From the human T2T-CHM13v2.0 reference genome, Homo sapiens: a stretch of DNA of 64,000 bases. The translations under genes and the position numbers were made by a program. The notes below the pieces were generated by a model. It saw only the letters and a program-made list of their open reading frames with translations, did not search any database and was not told the DNA's origin. Below, one piece after another: positions 1-15,980 of the stretch. Each line of letters starts with the position of its first letter. Within the stretch, counting starts at the first letter, position 1. The stretch lies in NCBI RefSeq assembly GCF_009914755.1, contig NC_060942.1; one strand, written 5' to 3'.

Positions 1-1829
1 TTTAATAAGAACTTACCTATGGGCCAGGATCTGTTCTATACATTATCTTAGATAATCTTCACAATGGTCTCTGGAATAAATCCTATTATTGTTCCCATGT
101 TATAAATGTTTATATTAAGCTTCATATAAGCTAAGTGTCTTAGGTAAGTAAATTGGCTGGGCCAGAATTAGAATGTAAGCTGATGTCATAGGCAATGTGA
201 AATATGAGTAGTAAGTGTAGCCCTCTAGGACATATTGTTCATATCCTAGACTTGTTCTTGTCCTACCAGATTTACATACAAAATGATACCGTAAAAGACA
301 TGAAATTCCAAAAGCAAGTAAAAATATGTCTCATAAAAGTTAGTGACAGAGAAATAAGTAATATAATTTTGTAGAATAAGGACCAAAAATAATGGTTAAA
401 AATAGAAGAAAATAATGTGTTTTGATATGGGAGAAAGGGAAGATTTTCTAGGGTAAGAGTACAGCCAATGAGCTAATACTCAAATAAAAATATGAATTGA
501 GGAAAAAAGTGTGATCCTAAGCAAAGAATATCAAGAAAATTAATGAAGGCAAAGATATCATACATTAGGTATAAATGTATGAAATTAATATTTTGTAGAT
601 TAAAGATGACCTACTAATGGAAGTTTCATAAGTTCCAATTTAGTTATTTTATGAAACTATAATCACTATTTGACTTTAAAGATAATCAGGAGAATAAAGA
701 TAATCATTTGCCTGCTATTAATCATTATGCACTATGTCTTTTTTTAAGAAAAAGTCACACATGGGCCAGTTTACTAAGATATCATTCCAGATTAATTATC
801 CTGAGCCAAAAATAAGCCCAATACTCACATTCTTCAAACCAAAGAGATGGTTCTTATTAAACATGCAATTGATGGACAGCTAATTTAAGATGCAACTCTT
901 GTACACAAATATTTGGAGCAAGCAATACATTTGTGTCTGTTTCCTTACCTTCATGGCAAGTCACAATGAAACCTACTTCCAGGATTAGTCAATGAATAAA
1001 TTGTTGAATAGGATTATAAACTATAGATTGAATCATGAACTCTAAATCAAGATACAAATACTGAGTATTAATTTATATAACTCATCAATTCCTTGAAGTG
1101 CACTTAATAAACAATAAAAAAATGCTTCTCAATAGAAAAATGTTAAACAAAAAGTTGGAGTTGTAATAAATGAATATCTGGAAAGATTTTCTTAAAAATC
1201 TTATCTGAGTTGCTTATTTAGTTATTCTAGGTAGGTATACCTTGTATTAGGCTAAAGATGCAGATTGTCTCCCATTGCCAAGAAATTATTATACAAACAT
1301 ATGTATGAGACCATCACTTTTTATATTACTCTAATGAGTAAATGATTTTAAATCACACCTGTTTTGACAAAATAAATCTATAAAACTCAAAAAAGGTGTT
1401 GAACATCTGTTCAAACAGGCAGAGTACAAAATAATACACTAATAGAAGTAGAACCAACAAGAAAGTCTAGGTTGTAGTATGCTTGTTGTCTTTCTTTGTT
1501 TAGCAAAATATTAGAAGAAAAATGTTCAAAAGGTCATTATAGCATAATATTTTAGACCTGGATAGAACTGAGGATACTCTAAGTTTTCTAAAAGGATTTT
1601 TCACAAAGTTTCATTATATTTATTTAAATGTCATAGATATTATAATTGTTTTTGCCATTAACTTGTAGAAATTGATATTCAGTTGAAAAATACACATTCC
1701 TAGATTTTTATCTCAATACGTATTTTCTAATTTTCCTTTTAAAGTTAATATTCCAAATATACTTTTAAAATTCACATAAAATCAGCATGTATATGGAAAA
1801 ATATTAAACTATAAAATATCTCATTAGTA

Positions 1830-3300
1830 TCTTAAATGTATCCATTTAAAATGTATTTCATTAGTACTTACAGCACTCCAAGCAATCCTATGCCCTGGTG
1901 GTACAATCATGGATAAAGTTAGTCTCTGTCACCACTGTTCACATTCTAGTGGTGAAGAAGATCAAGCAGAATTGCAAACTTAAAAAGTATTGAGGAAGTA
2001 CAGAATACCCAAATTACATTTTAAAAGTTATAAACACCTAAAGTACTTAATACTTAAATATTGGGGGGTCAGAGAACCTTGTATCTGTGCTGAAATTAGA
2101 AGATCATACAGCAGAAGTGAGCAGGGGATACATCGTGGACATATTAAAGAGTTTTGACTTTATACTGAGGGACACTCCCAGGCTCTAAGTTGGGAATGAC
2201 ATGATCATTACTTTTATTTGGGATCACATGGTTCCAGGCAAAGGACTGCATTTTAGAATGCTCCTTCTGAGGACATCCTTAGTGTAAGTCTGGAAATAGA
2301 GAATCTAGTCCGCAAGCTATTGTCATGATCCTATTGAACAACTGCTTGGTAATCAAAATCACTTTATGTGATATACAAAAAAACCCACTAACAATCACAA
2401 TTATGGAATGTGTTATTTTAAATGAGAAACAATACAGAAATTACTGAGCAGTGTTCATAAATTGAGAATGGTACAGTATGCTTCAAATAGAGATATAATT
2501 CCTGAGTCCCAAAATTTGCCTAAGGGTATGCTGAGCTCCAGAAGATGTCACCAAAGTAATGTTTTTTCACCATTTTCAAGAGGGCTATATATTCTCCTCG
2601 CTACTCTCCATCCAGTAAAATCTGATTCTCCTGAAACTGCATGACTGCAGTCTTACCTAATAAATATAATTGATTTATAAAACTGATACATTGCTGCATA
2701 TGTGCTGTGAGATTGGATGAAGGAAAGTTTGATTTTACAGGAACATCCCTCTGCAGACCTGCTTAGGTCAGGTTCACTCTAGAAGAGAAGATAGGTCCCT
2801 TAGGTTAGGTTCACTCTAGAAGAGAATATAGGTTCCTATTAGGGTAGAAAGAATGATGATAGAGAGAAATTGATACATTAAAGACATATGTAGGAGATGG
2901 GATCAACAGAACCAAATTATTGATTGGATATGGAGAATAAAGACTAGAATTAATTAAAAATGATGTCCATATGTCTTTTTTTCTTGCAAAACTTGATATC
3001 ATAATAATTTTCCTAGGGATACTGAAGAAAGGGAAGGCTTAGGAGCAAATTTGGTGTAACCATGGGACATCTGAGTTGTTTTCTCAGGTTAGTCAGACAC
3101 ATAGCTTAAAACAGAAAAATCAGGCAGAGATACAGTTATTTGGATATGAACTGTAGTCGAGAGGAAGAAGTGGATAAAAGAAGAAATAATGAGTTCAGGA
3201 AACTTTTGGACACAAAAGTGAAAGGAAGAGAATCATAGATCACAAAATGCAACCACTGAAATTTAGGAAAAAGAAAATTTTTACATGGAGACAAGGTAAA
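1830..3300 (-). mobile_element. Degraded L2 LINE remnants
   Basis: L2-like phrases (ttcacattctagtgg, gagttttgactttatactgagg, atgacatgatca); boundaries approximate. Confidence 0.5.
2763..2836. repeat. 37-bp tandem duplication (2 copies, 3 mismatches)
   Basis: ttaggtcaggttcactctagaagagaagataggtccc / ttaggttaggttcactctagaagagaatataggttcc. Confidence 0.95.
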
Positions 3301-4220
3301 TGTCTTTAGACAAAATATTGGTATGAGTGAATCTGAAAATTATCGATATTATACTTTACCTCCAAAAAAAAAGACATTTAATATCAGTCAAAATAATGGC
3401 ACTCAGTGATTTGAAAAATGATAACTATTTGCACCACATGGCAAAGGCAAATTACCCTGATGTCAGCTCATTTATTATATTAATATTTGCAAATTGCTGA
3501 AAATTCTCTCCTACTCTTCCCCACCCTGGCCACTTACACATTAAGAACAAAACCAAAAATTTTGTTTACCCACATAGGTATTTGAGTAAATGTTTGGATT
3601 CCTCCAGAGTAGAGTGTGACTACTCTGGCATTTTTATTTTCTATGATCAATTTATTATCCATCCAAAGTAGATAGATATAAGACATCCTTTTACCTGCCA
3701 TTTTCTCTGGCTGTTTGAGCATGTGGGAAATGAGAAAAGAATAATCTTCATAAATTAAAAATATGTATAAAATATTTAATATTCTGTTAATGATTTTAAT
3801 TAAAAGTATGTGAAGATGATATTTTGGATATATTATATCAAATAAACATTACTAAATTAACATTATCTGGGTGTTTTTTATATTTTTAAACGTGGCTACA
3901 GGAAAATTTACAATTCTATCATTTATTTGGAAGCACTGCATTACATACTCATATTTTCAAATAATTTTTCTTTTTTTCAGTGACTTTATTTTATATGTAC
4001 TTTATATATTGTATGAAATTTGGCTTTAGAACTCCAACAAATAATAGTGTAAGAGAAGGCATTGTTTTCTTATTACTGTTTTAAATTATATTACCCTATC
4101 AGTTTCAATATTACATAAAGTTTTGATTATCGATTGAGGACTATAATATTTTATCATTATTATACGTATTATGTGTGCCTTTTGAAGTCTTATATTTATT
4201 ACCTAGGATTTAGGTTTATT

Positions 4221-4538
<318 letters not shown>

Positions 4539-4879
4539 TAGGTTTACTTTTATCTGAGGGTTTCTTAGCATCAAATGAAAAGTTCGTGTATATAATTTTT
4601 ATGTGTATTATTTAGTTCCTTTGACTTGATATGTAAAATATTTACAGATTTCAAAGTATTGTATATTGTTAACTTTTTATTATTTTTAGGAAAGTTTAAA
4701 TAACATGAAAATTAACTGTAACTTTGAAACTCAACGATACAAATCTCTTGACCAAAAATATTCCTTAGAAACTTCTCTGTGACATAGTCTCAGTATTATT
4801 AAGCATAATTGTTTTAATCCTCTTTTCTATTTTTCTTACATTATTTCATTTTATTTCATTCCAGTCTAATGACTTTTTT

Positions 4880-5010
4880 TAAAAACCTGCATTTTGAAAT
4901 GATTATAGATTCACAAGAAAATGTAAACCCTGTGCATGCAGTCTCTCAGACACTTCATTCAGCTAAACCAATGGTTACATCTTATGTACCTGTAGTACAT
5001 TATTAATATC
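4880..5010 (-). mobile_element. Old L1 (L1MC/ME-like) 3' fragment
   Basis: ttttgaaatgattatagattcacaagaa...ccaatggttacatctta resembles an old L1 3' end. Confidence 0.5.
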
Positions 5011-5908
5011 ACACACGTATGATGACAAAACAAAAAAATCAACCTCTATAACACATTTATAGTGGAGTTCTTAACTTTTGTTTTTTACTTTGTTAATTCG
5101 ACTCCCCTAAACATCTGATGAACGACATTATTAACCTGCTCCACTCTCATCTCCAACAGACATTGACAATGTTGTTTGTGTGCAATGTCAAGTGTACATA
5201 GACACCGTGTAGCTAATTCAAATCTCTTTAGAAGACAATGAACTCCATGTTAAGAACTTATAATGTATGACATGACCCTTAATTGTCACTGTTAATATTA
5301 ACAAAACTACTTTTACCACAGTCCTCTTTTACCTTCTTTCTTATTTGTTTTTTATCTTTACAAAATCCTTAGAAGATAGAGATTGTAGAGGAGAAGCTGT
5401 ATTATTATTTTTGAAATGAGGAGATTAGTATTCAGCATGGTTAGGATATTATCATCTAATTGGGGTAGTGTGGATGAGTGATAGAGATCTTCAGCTATTG
5501 CACTGTGTAATCTTTTTGTTATTGTAGCTTGTTGTTTTTGATGTTTCATTCTCACATAAGGGGAAACATATTTGAATTACATCTCATGGTTTCCTATACA
5601 TGTGATTTTTAGACAATAATCAAGAATACCAATCAGAAATTCCAGGAACTTAACACTAGAAAACAAATGTTTATTGCAATCCTCTCTAAAGAACCACTTT
5701 GCCTTTCAAAAACATGGGACAAAACAAAACCTAACAAAGAAACAAAAAACAAAAGACATTTAAATAATACATAAAAAGAACAACACTTATTTTGCTATCC
5801 TGCTCATTTTTCTCAAAGGGTAAAAGAGGCAAATCCATCAAATTCAAAAAGATGCACTCAGCTATCATTGGAAAGCTGTGTGCTATGTATTGCTTAAGAG
5901 TAAATGAG

Positions 5909-6266
<358 letters not shown>

Positions 6267-7506
6267 TCAGTTATTAAACGCCTATCTTTTTTAAACTCTG
6301 GCCATCCTGGGGCCAAGAATGATAACTAGCTGGAAGAAAATAGCTTTTTTTTTTTTTTTTTTTCAGTTTTCTGATGCTGTAGCACATCTAAGCAATCTCT
6401 AAAATATACAAATAAATCCATCATGAAAAAGTTACCAATTATTTTTGGAGATAAGGAATTTTTTTCAAAAGAGTAAAGAAAATATTGTATAATTTTTTCT
6501 TTTTTTGAGTTAATTTGAGTTATTGTATAACTGAAAAGAACAAAGAAAATATTGTAAAGCATAATTTTAAGATCTGTATATCTTCACTGAAACACATTTG
6601 GAGAATTTTATATTGTTTTAAAATTCTATATTTTACCCATTCTACCTATTAATAGATTTGCATTATAAAAAAAGTGAACCAGCAAATTTCATGGACAACC
6701 TTATAATCACATCACAAACTTTAAAAAACAAGTTTTACAATTCAAAGAATTTTCCTTTAATTATTTTTCAATACAAGTCTTCAAGTCTGATAGTCTGATA
6801 ACCTTGATGTTAAAATAAAGGTAATACAAGAAAACGTTGCTCCTGTAGGATGATTTATTGATTGTTATGTAATCTTATTGCCTTAAATTGTGTTACTTCA
6901 AGATATTAATCTGGTTGTTTTATTAATCTAGGAGGTACTTTGAAAGATCACTTTTCTTTTTATTAGTTTTAAGGTGCTTTATTAGATAAATGGTGTCCCA
7001 AAACACCCTTTACTTTGGTTATTATTCTTAAATAAAATTTTCTTTATAATTTCATTTTATATACATTTTTACATACTTGCTGAAATTTTATACACACAAG
7101 TAATTCATCAAACCAATCTATGAATCAATTTACTAAAAATGTTCACTTCCTATTAATATTAGTAATAAATAGAATGTGGTTTCTGGATCTGATAAATTTT
7201 TTAAATGTTAATTTCTATGAATGCATATTGTGGAAAATAATTTGGGAAAGCTTCAACAGTACTCTTACCTGGTTAAAACATTCAGAATGATAAATATGTC
7301 ACCTGTAATGGATACAGAGTGCTTGGAAATTTCTTCATTGGCAAAGTCACCCACGGTATTTACATTAAGTCATTTACTACATCAACACGAGGTACTAACT
7401 TTTATAAAGAACATTTCTTATCAACCAGCAAATATTCTTGCATATTGAGGACAGAATGACTTCTTCAGGATTTTGCAAATAATTATCTTCTCACTTATCT
7501 CTGGCC

Positions 7507-7850
7507 TTTATTTATTTATTTATTTATTTTGTTTGTTTGTTTGTTTATTTGTTTTTGAGACATGTCCTCACTCTGTCCAGGCTAGACTGCAATGATGCAA
7601 TCATAGATCATTGCAGCTTTGAACTCCTGGGCTCAAGTAATCCTCCCTCCTCAGCATCCTTGGTAGCTGGTTCTACAGGCATTAATCACCATGCCCAGCT
7701 AATTAAAAAAAAAAAATGTAGAGACGGAATTTCACAGTGTGAAAGTCCAGTCCAGAAAGGCTGGTCTTGAACTCCTGGACTTGAGTGCTGCTCTTACTTC
7801 GGCCTCCCAAAGTGCTGGGATAACAGGTGTCAGCCATCACCCCCTGCCTG
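7507..7850 (-). mobile_element. AluJ
   Basis: Diverged Alu with J-type gaactcctgggctcaag; (TTTA)(TTTG) tail. Confidence 0.88.
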
Positions 7851-7863
7851 CCTTTATTTTTAA

Positions 7864-8247
<384 letters not shown>

Positions 8248-8250
8248 TAG

Positions 8251-8549
<299 letters not shown>

Positions 8550-9217
8550 AGTTATTTGTAATAGAAACGATTATTAATGTTTTACACAGCTTTCAAACAT
8601 TTTTTATACAATTTGACTTTTTATCCTTTTTCTTTTAAATATAATATGTTTTATTATATATATATTTTCTTCTTTTTGGTATAGTTACTTTTTAATATGT
8701 TTCATATTAATTCGAACACATTTAAGCTTAAAGAGTTCTGTGCTATTCCTAGGATTTATGTATTTATTAGACATTTAAAATATTTTGGCCTTAAAAAAAT
8801 TATTTAACAACTTTCTATAGGGATATCTGGAAACTAATGTTGAACTATATGTAAGATTGTCTGTAGCAATTTGATAGAAATAATGTTTACCTATAAATTA
8901 TTTTTAATAGTTACAATTTAAAAAACCCTCTGAAAAATTGATACCTTTTCCTAAAACATTAATTTATAAATATTTATACTAATTAAAAATAGTTGAAAAA
9001 AATAAAAATCACAAAAAAATGAGATGAAGTTTTAATACTGCCTTTATCATTATCAAAAATGAAAGAGAAAGCGTAGGAATTAATTGGACAGGTTTTCCAA
9101 TTTTATTTACTGACAATTCCATCTGTATTTTCTGCAATTCCTCACTAACAGATCACAGAATCTTGGGAAATGACTGATTCCATATCTAGGACAGGAAATG
9201 TGAAAGGCCTGGCTCGG

Positions 9218-10017
9218 TATCAGCCTGGTTCCAACAGAGGGACAAAACCACATGATCATTTGAAACGAGGAATTCTAATAGAATTCTAAGCTATAATATC
9301 AGAGCAATCATAAAGATGTAAGGAGAACTCTAAAGGGTATCCTGACGCTCTGAGAAAATATCAGAGGACAGCCAAGCGTGGGCGGAAAGCCTTCTCCCTG
9401 GGACCAGCTTCAGCCCTCCTTGGAGGAGGTGCAGCTGCAGCATACCCTATGGAAGATGTTCACAGGTTGCCTGGGTTCACATTCTAACCCACATTCTTCA
9501 GGAAAGAAGAAACAACCCTCCAGGGTACCAGTGGGCTGGAGGATAAATATGCAGGACTTGGCGCTCACCTCACTGCGTTGCCAGGTCTGGAGCACAGTGT
9601 TTACACTCGGTGGGGGTGGGGGGGGAGTGGGTCTCAAGGCGGTTGTCATGAGCCCAGGCGGCAGTTGCTGGTTGCCAAGTGCCTGTACATTTGGTACATT
9701 AGGGTCTGTATGTGCGTCTGGGGAAAAGCACCACACAAATCCCCACACGTCCAGAGAGCTGACCATGCAGTATGACAAAGGGAAAAGCAAACATGCCACG
9801 TACTGGATCTAGGAAGAGAAGTCTTCTCCTGCAATGTTCATCCACAGCCCTCTACTGACAAGGCTCAACCTTGCACTCACCGTAAAGGAGAAAAGCTCTC
9901 CGGGGGTGGGGGCGGGGGGGTTGGGGGGCGTAATTCCTGTGCACAGCGCAGGACCTTGTTAAGCAGGTATTGAGGCATGAATGTGCGCCACGAAGCATTA
10001 AATTGATCAGTGGCAGA
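9218..10017. mobile_element. ERVL-type solo LTR (LTR41-like)
   Basis: GC-rich island. Ends (acaaaaccacatgatcatttgaa; gccctctactgacaaggctcaacc...aaattgatcagtggca) recall the LTR41 family from memory. Confidence 0.6.
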
Positions 10018-10324
10018 GCCCAGAACATATTGCTGTACCAGAAACCATGTAAGCAATCAAAGACTAACATGTTGTCTAAAGTACACAGAAACTGACATGA
10101 ATGTGTGAGGATCTATTTTTCTAAACATTCTTTGTCCTTTTTATAATTCCTTTTGTGATGTAGATAGCTTATTTTTTTCTTTATTTTTATTTTTTTCCTA
10201 ACTTGTGCGTGTGTGTGTGCACACATGCATGGACACCTGTAAATATTTTTTAAAACAATTATTGCGCTGCTGCTTTGGAACTTTGAAGAAGCCTGGTCCT
10301 TTTTAAAGAGTAGTGTGGACAAAG

Positions 10325-10536
10325 AACACAAAGTTTCAGTTAGACAAGAAAAATAAGTTTAAGAGTTCGATTGTACATAGTTAATAACAATTGACTATGG
10401 TTAATAACAACATATTGTATACTTCAAAATTTCTGAGAGTAGATTTTAAGTGTTCTCTCCACAAAAAACAAGTATGTAGGTAATGCATATGTTAATTAAC
10501 TTGATTTAGCCATTTCACAATATATGCGTGTATGTT

Positions 10537-10586
<50 letters not shown>

Positions 10587-10660
10587 CATCATCATGCACC
10601 ATAAATATGTACTATCTGTATTTGTTAATTAAAAATATTTTTAAAAATAAAAATAAAGAG
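10325..10660 (+). mobile_element. L1MA 3' end with internal (TA)n microsatellite
   Basis: caaagtttcagttagac...gagtagattttaagtgttctc...aaaacatca; (TA)n at about 10543-10582. Confidence 0.8.
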
Positions 10661-13044
10661 TACTCTAGGGAAATGGAAACAGTGAACTTTGTTTTGGGTT
10701 TCTTAATAGAAACAAATCCATGCTGAGTCTATCACCCTATGCACATACTCTTCTTTTAGTTTCTGGTATAATGAAGCTTTTTATTTCTTACCAACAGTCT
10801 CTAAATTGTGTGTCCTTCATGTTTTATTCTGCCCCAATTTTATTTTTAGCAATTCCCTTTCAGGGATCTCAGGCTGAGATTATATCAAAGAAGGTGCCAC
10901 CTTTCTCTTTACTATCATTTTCTCATTCTAAGGTGGAGAGCTGTCAAAGTGTTTTTCCATTTCGTTTGTGCCACCAAGTTCCCTGCTTGAAACCTAAGAA
11001 AGTATATACTGGTTCTGGATTTTCTCTTGGCTTAATCCAGAATTTACATTATTTAATTTATCTGACACGCATATTTAACAATTTGTGTCCTAATGGTGTA
11101 GACATTTCCTTATTTTGGTGATTAACTGTTCCTTATGTTTAAACATTTTCTCTGTTTACTTCTAAATAGAATGCTCTTCAGAGTTTCCTTATCAGCACCA
11201 CTTAATATTATTGTTAAGATTATGGTGAACCTAATCAAATAACTTTTACTACCCTTTGTAATAATTTTTAAAAACTACTTATACAGAGATATTGCATTAA
11301 AATAATTACGGTTCATATGCACACCATTTCAGTTACATGAGCTATGCCTTATTACCTTTGAAAGCATTTTTTTTTAGAGATTGCTTCATTGGTTTTAGTG
11401 TTCATACATTAATATTTCACTTCTAGGAAGGAGGAAGAGATTAACAGCACTTTAAAAAGTTTTTAGTGGCACTTTGGGAGGCATATATTAATGTTAGGTG
11501 TTTGGTTTTAATTGTATTAACAAAAACCTACCCAGTGAATTTCAAATCAGAAATCTCAACCCAAGTCAGTCTGACTCTATGATCAACACTGGAGGAAACA
11601 CAACAGTCTTGTGCTTGTGATAGCCATAATTCCTGGATTATTAAAACAAGGCATCTTAATATATGAGAAAGTATCTACTATAATGTTATATACATTGACA
11701 GCCCTCAAACCATGTGTCCACTGATTTCAATTTGTAAACTATCATGTATACAGCAGGGTGGGAGGAAATTGTTGGCTTCTCCTTGGATTTAAATGGAGGA
11801 ACATGATAGGTAGCCATATATCATTCTTTCAGATGCTTATAGGACTGAGACAGACTTCCAGAATTTGACAGCGACATCTGCACGTCCCAAAATAATTATT
11901 TCATGATGTGTGACACTCTCCTTAAGGGAAATTGTAAAATAGGGCTGACCAATGTCCCTTATTTTGAGTTTGAAGAGTGCATATCCCAGGAAGGAGTTTG
12001 GAATCAGTCAAATTGACCTTCCTTTTATTTTTGCCCTTAAAATCATAAATAGCATTCTTTCTGAATAGAGAAACAGAAAAACTTGTTTTTCATATTTTTA
12101 GTTGTGTGCATAATCTAAAGAGAGCTAGTCTTTATGATTAGCATGGAATATGGGGTAAAAATCACTATCATTCTTGGAGACAGACATAAATTTTAATTCT
12201 GGCTTACCTATTGCTACATTATATGATGTTGAGAAAGTTCCCTAAGTTAACTAAACTTTTTAAGCATAGTATACATATATGTACATTTATAAAAAGTATT
12301 TTATTTCATAGCTTTTTCCATAAAGCTTTACATTTATACTTTAAGCAGGGCACAAGAAAACTCTATGCCATTGCACCCAATAGATATTTCTCTCCTCAGT
12401 AGAGTTTAAGACTGAGAATACTTTTACAGTACATTGCAATAAACATTAGCATTTGAGTTTCCTTTGGATCAGTTCTACCTGTTTGTAGATAATGGTATTT
12501 CATTTTTGTGGTTGTTATAGAGGTACTTCAAAGAATAAACAAATATTAACTTATTTCAAATTTAAAAATTATATCTTCAATGACTATGTGGGTATGTAGA
12601 CACTTTTATAAATCTAGGATACATTATGGAACTTAGTAACATGGTGGTTTTAAATGCCTTGAATATTATCAAGATACTTGTCTTGGACATTTTCATGATA
12701 CATCATCATCCAAAGAATTATTTCATCATTGTGCATAAGTTTTTTTCACATATATATTTAAAAGACATGTAATTTGAAAGATTGTGTATTGAAAGTTTGT
12801 GTGAAGAATGACAATAATGAAATAAATCTTCACTATTTCATCATTCTTTTTTTTTAAAATTGTGTTGCTCAAAGTATTACATCAACTTTGAAAAATATAT
12901 AAAAGAGGACTGGCACACCATCTTTTAGTTTCATTTCTATTTTCATTGACTATACATGTCCAGTAATATTTGAATAAGTGTTATAAAGATAATTTCAAAA
13001 TCAGGGATAGTTTCCAAGAATTAGTTTTATTACTGAATATATAA

Positions 13045-13049
13045 ATATG

Positions 13050-13096
<47 letters not shown>

Positions 13097-13108
13097 ATAT
13101 ATGTGTAT
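13045..13108. repeat. Compound (TA)n(TG)n microsatellite
   Basis: Read directly from the sequence. Confidence 0.9.
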
Positions 13109-13482
13109 GGCAAGCTTAAATATTGAATGAATTACAAATAAATTTTTTTAAATATCTATTATATATTGGTGCACTCAGGTATACATATATATTAAGTTTT
13201 TTAGTATAACTAACAAATACTACTTAGTAATTCTATTTTGAACTATATCCATGTGGTTAGTATTGTCATTTTTGCTTATTTTTTCATATTTACAAAACAT
13301 ACAAAATTGTTTTTCCAGGTTGCATGTGAAATATATTTTTCTGAAAGCATATGAATTGAATACTTTTCATATTATAATCACTATATGTGCATACATATAT
13401 AACTATGGAATAAAATCAAGAATCTCTGCTGTCATAAATCTAGTAATATATTGAGGAAAATACGAAAATATTAAACAGAAAC

Positions 13483-13790
13483 GGCCAAGTGTGGTCGCTT
13501 ACGCCTGCAATCTTAGCACTTTGAGAGTCCGAGGCAGGCAGATCACGAGGTCAGGAGTTTGAGAGCAGCCTGCCCAACATGGCAAAAACCCATCTCTACT
13601 AAAAATACAAAAAAATTTAGCCGGGTGTGGTGGCGTGCGCCTGTCATCTCCACTACTCGGGAGGCTAAGACAGGAGAATCAATCGCTTGAACCCGAGACA
13701 GGGAGGTTGCAGTGAGCCAAGATCACGCCACTTCACTCCAGCCTGGGCAACGAGAGCAAAGCTCCATCTATATATATATATATAAAAAAC
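13483..13790 (+). mobile_element. AluS (Sg-like) with (TA)n tail
   Basis: ggccaagtgtggtcgcttacgcctgcaatc...gctccatc followed by (TA)n. Confidence 0.93.
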
Positions 13791-15858
13791 AGAACTTTGT
13801 CCAATTAACATACTTACCACATGGGACATTTACAGAAATAGGTGTATAGAAGATGCAGTAAATTAAACCTATTTTTTTTAGGCTTAAAACAGGCTAATAA
13901 ATGGATAATCTAAATACATTCATATGTACACTTCATATGTACATGAAATGAATGAAATAATTTACTATACTGGTACTAGAAATATGAAATATAATTATAA
14001 TAAATATAAACCATAATTTTATTTATAATAATTCTAGAAATATGTTACATCTAATATGTAAATTTGATATATATTTATTAGAAAATTATAAAATTCATCA
14101 TTTCAAAAATTATTTGTATTTTAAGAAAACTGGTGTGCCACATTTAAAGTATCATTTATTAGATTTACATGTTATTATTTAAAAGTTGCTTGTTATATTT
14201 GTCAATGTGTCTAAGTAATCAGATGTGTTTGAAATTCTTGAGAACATTAGCTATGTCCAATTTCTAAATATATAATCTACTTATAGTACCACGTTTGAAG
14301 AAAAATGTCTAAGCTGAATTTCTGCAGGAGCCATGGGTCCAAGTTCACGTTCATTCTGTTTTTGTGATCTCTTCTACCCTATACTGTACGCCCATACATT
14401 TCTAAAATAGTTCAATTTTGGTTCTAGGGAAAGTGCAACACAATAGAGAGCCTCTGAAATTTTTATATCCACCTTTTACTTTCCCAAATCCTTGGGTTCT
14501 AACCCATTAGAAATGAGTGCTTTAAATTTTTAAAGTCATTTGTATATTTATAACAATTCTATTACTGTTTTCAAAAACATTTTGGAAAATATTTATAGGC
14601 AAGATTTGATCATTATTTCCAGTGAAATCACATTCAAAAATACACATACCTTAATGAAATTCAGTCATTTCAAGAAATATTGACAATTTTCACTATGTTG
14701 CAGTTTAATAATCAGTAACAGTTAAGATGTACCTATTTCTTAAGATATGAGTATTCCTCAGCATAGTAGCTAATTGATCAAATATAACTTTGGTTACTAA
14801 CATTTATTGAAAGAGAAATATAATTTCTGCTTTTGTAAAATCCAAATGGTCCCTGACTAGCTTTGTTGATAAATTCAAAGCTACTTAGAATAATTGAGTT
14901 GATAGTATCTGTATAACTGTTTAGTATCATGAACTCTAGACTGTAAAATTTTTGAACATTAGTGGACATTTTTTAAAGAAAAACAGCTTATGGTATTTAA
15001 TAGTCTTCTGTGTGCTCTAAGAAACCTGATAATTATATTAGTTTATTATGTACCAGAGCTTAGAAGTACACAAATAACATTCTAACTTAAGTTTCACATT
15101 TTACAAATAAAAAAGTGAGCAGCAGATAAGAAAGTGTGTGAAATAAATTGTGAAGTAATGATAATGTATTTCAAAATGAGTATGTTCTCATAAGTGTTTA
15201 CATATCTAATAATTTGTACAAAACTCAGTTTTATTTGTGTTGCTATACCTGGTATAGCAATTAAACGCTACGAAAAAACATTCTGGTGTATTTTCCCTCC
15301 ATATGTTTATGTTTATGTCTCATTTTACCTTTACCTGCATGATGAATAAAAAAAAAAAAACTTAAATGTGACTAACCTATAGAATTAATTTTTTTAATTG
15401 TATTGGCAAAGTATAAATGAACTACTGAATAATAAATATACTATAAAAGTAAACTACTGAATCACTATCGTTAGCAAATTTTTAAAAACATTTTAGGAAT
15501 TTGAAAGTAGAAAACTTGAAATTTGCATGCTTTTAAAAATTAAAATAAAATATTATTATACAAAGCTCACAACATAAAAGCATGTAATATAAATAGAATA
15601 AATTTTTTGATGTTTTAAAATAAGATGAATGCATAACAAAAATTATTACATATTATAAAGCTTATTTTATATATATAATTTGTATATATATTGAATATAA
15701 TATAATATAGAATTACAATAATTATATAAATTATAATATATGAATATTAAAGATGTTGATATCTATTATATAACAATATTGTATAATATATGAAGAAATT
15801 TCATATTATGAAACAATGATATATTGTTTAGACTTTGTAATTTATAATGAGTCCTTAC

Positions 15859-15980
15859 CTGACCAGAGCCTGCATTTTCACAAACATAAGTCTCATAGTA
15901 TTGAGAGAACTCAGGAGCATGATCATTGATGTTAAGAACTTGCACATACAGTGGGATCGAAGAGATCTGTTCTATATTGT
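15859..15980 (-). CDS. CDH19: CDH19 exon 9 (122 nt), end of EC4 and start of EC5; absent from the supplied ORF track
   Basis: Manual translation (Y)NIEQISSIPLYVQVLNINDHAPEFSQYYETYVCENAGSGQ; acceptor aaattgcag, donor CAG|GTAAGG; cumulative CDS 1458 nt, phase 0. Confidence 0.96.

Noticed and set aside
940-990. Strong minus-strand donor AAG|GTAAGG near 948, considered as CDH19 exon 10
   Set aside because: No cadherin-like frame and no good acceptor; the next exon appears to lie beyond the window start.
9378-10070. Cluster of 62-144 aa ORFs on both strands
   Set aside because: They lie in a GC-rich LTR where stop codons are rarer; no recognisable domain, and the poly-G/poly-P runs come from the G-tracts.
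10720-11121. 133-aa plus-strand ORF
   Set aside because: No homology that I recognise, no supporting splice or promoter context, antisense in an intron.
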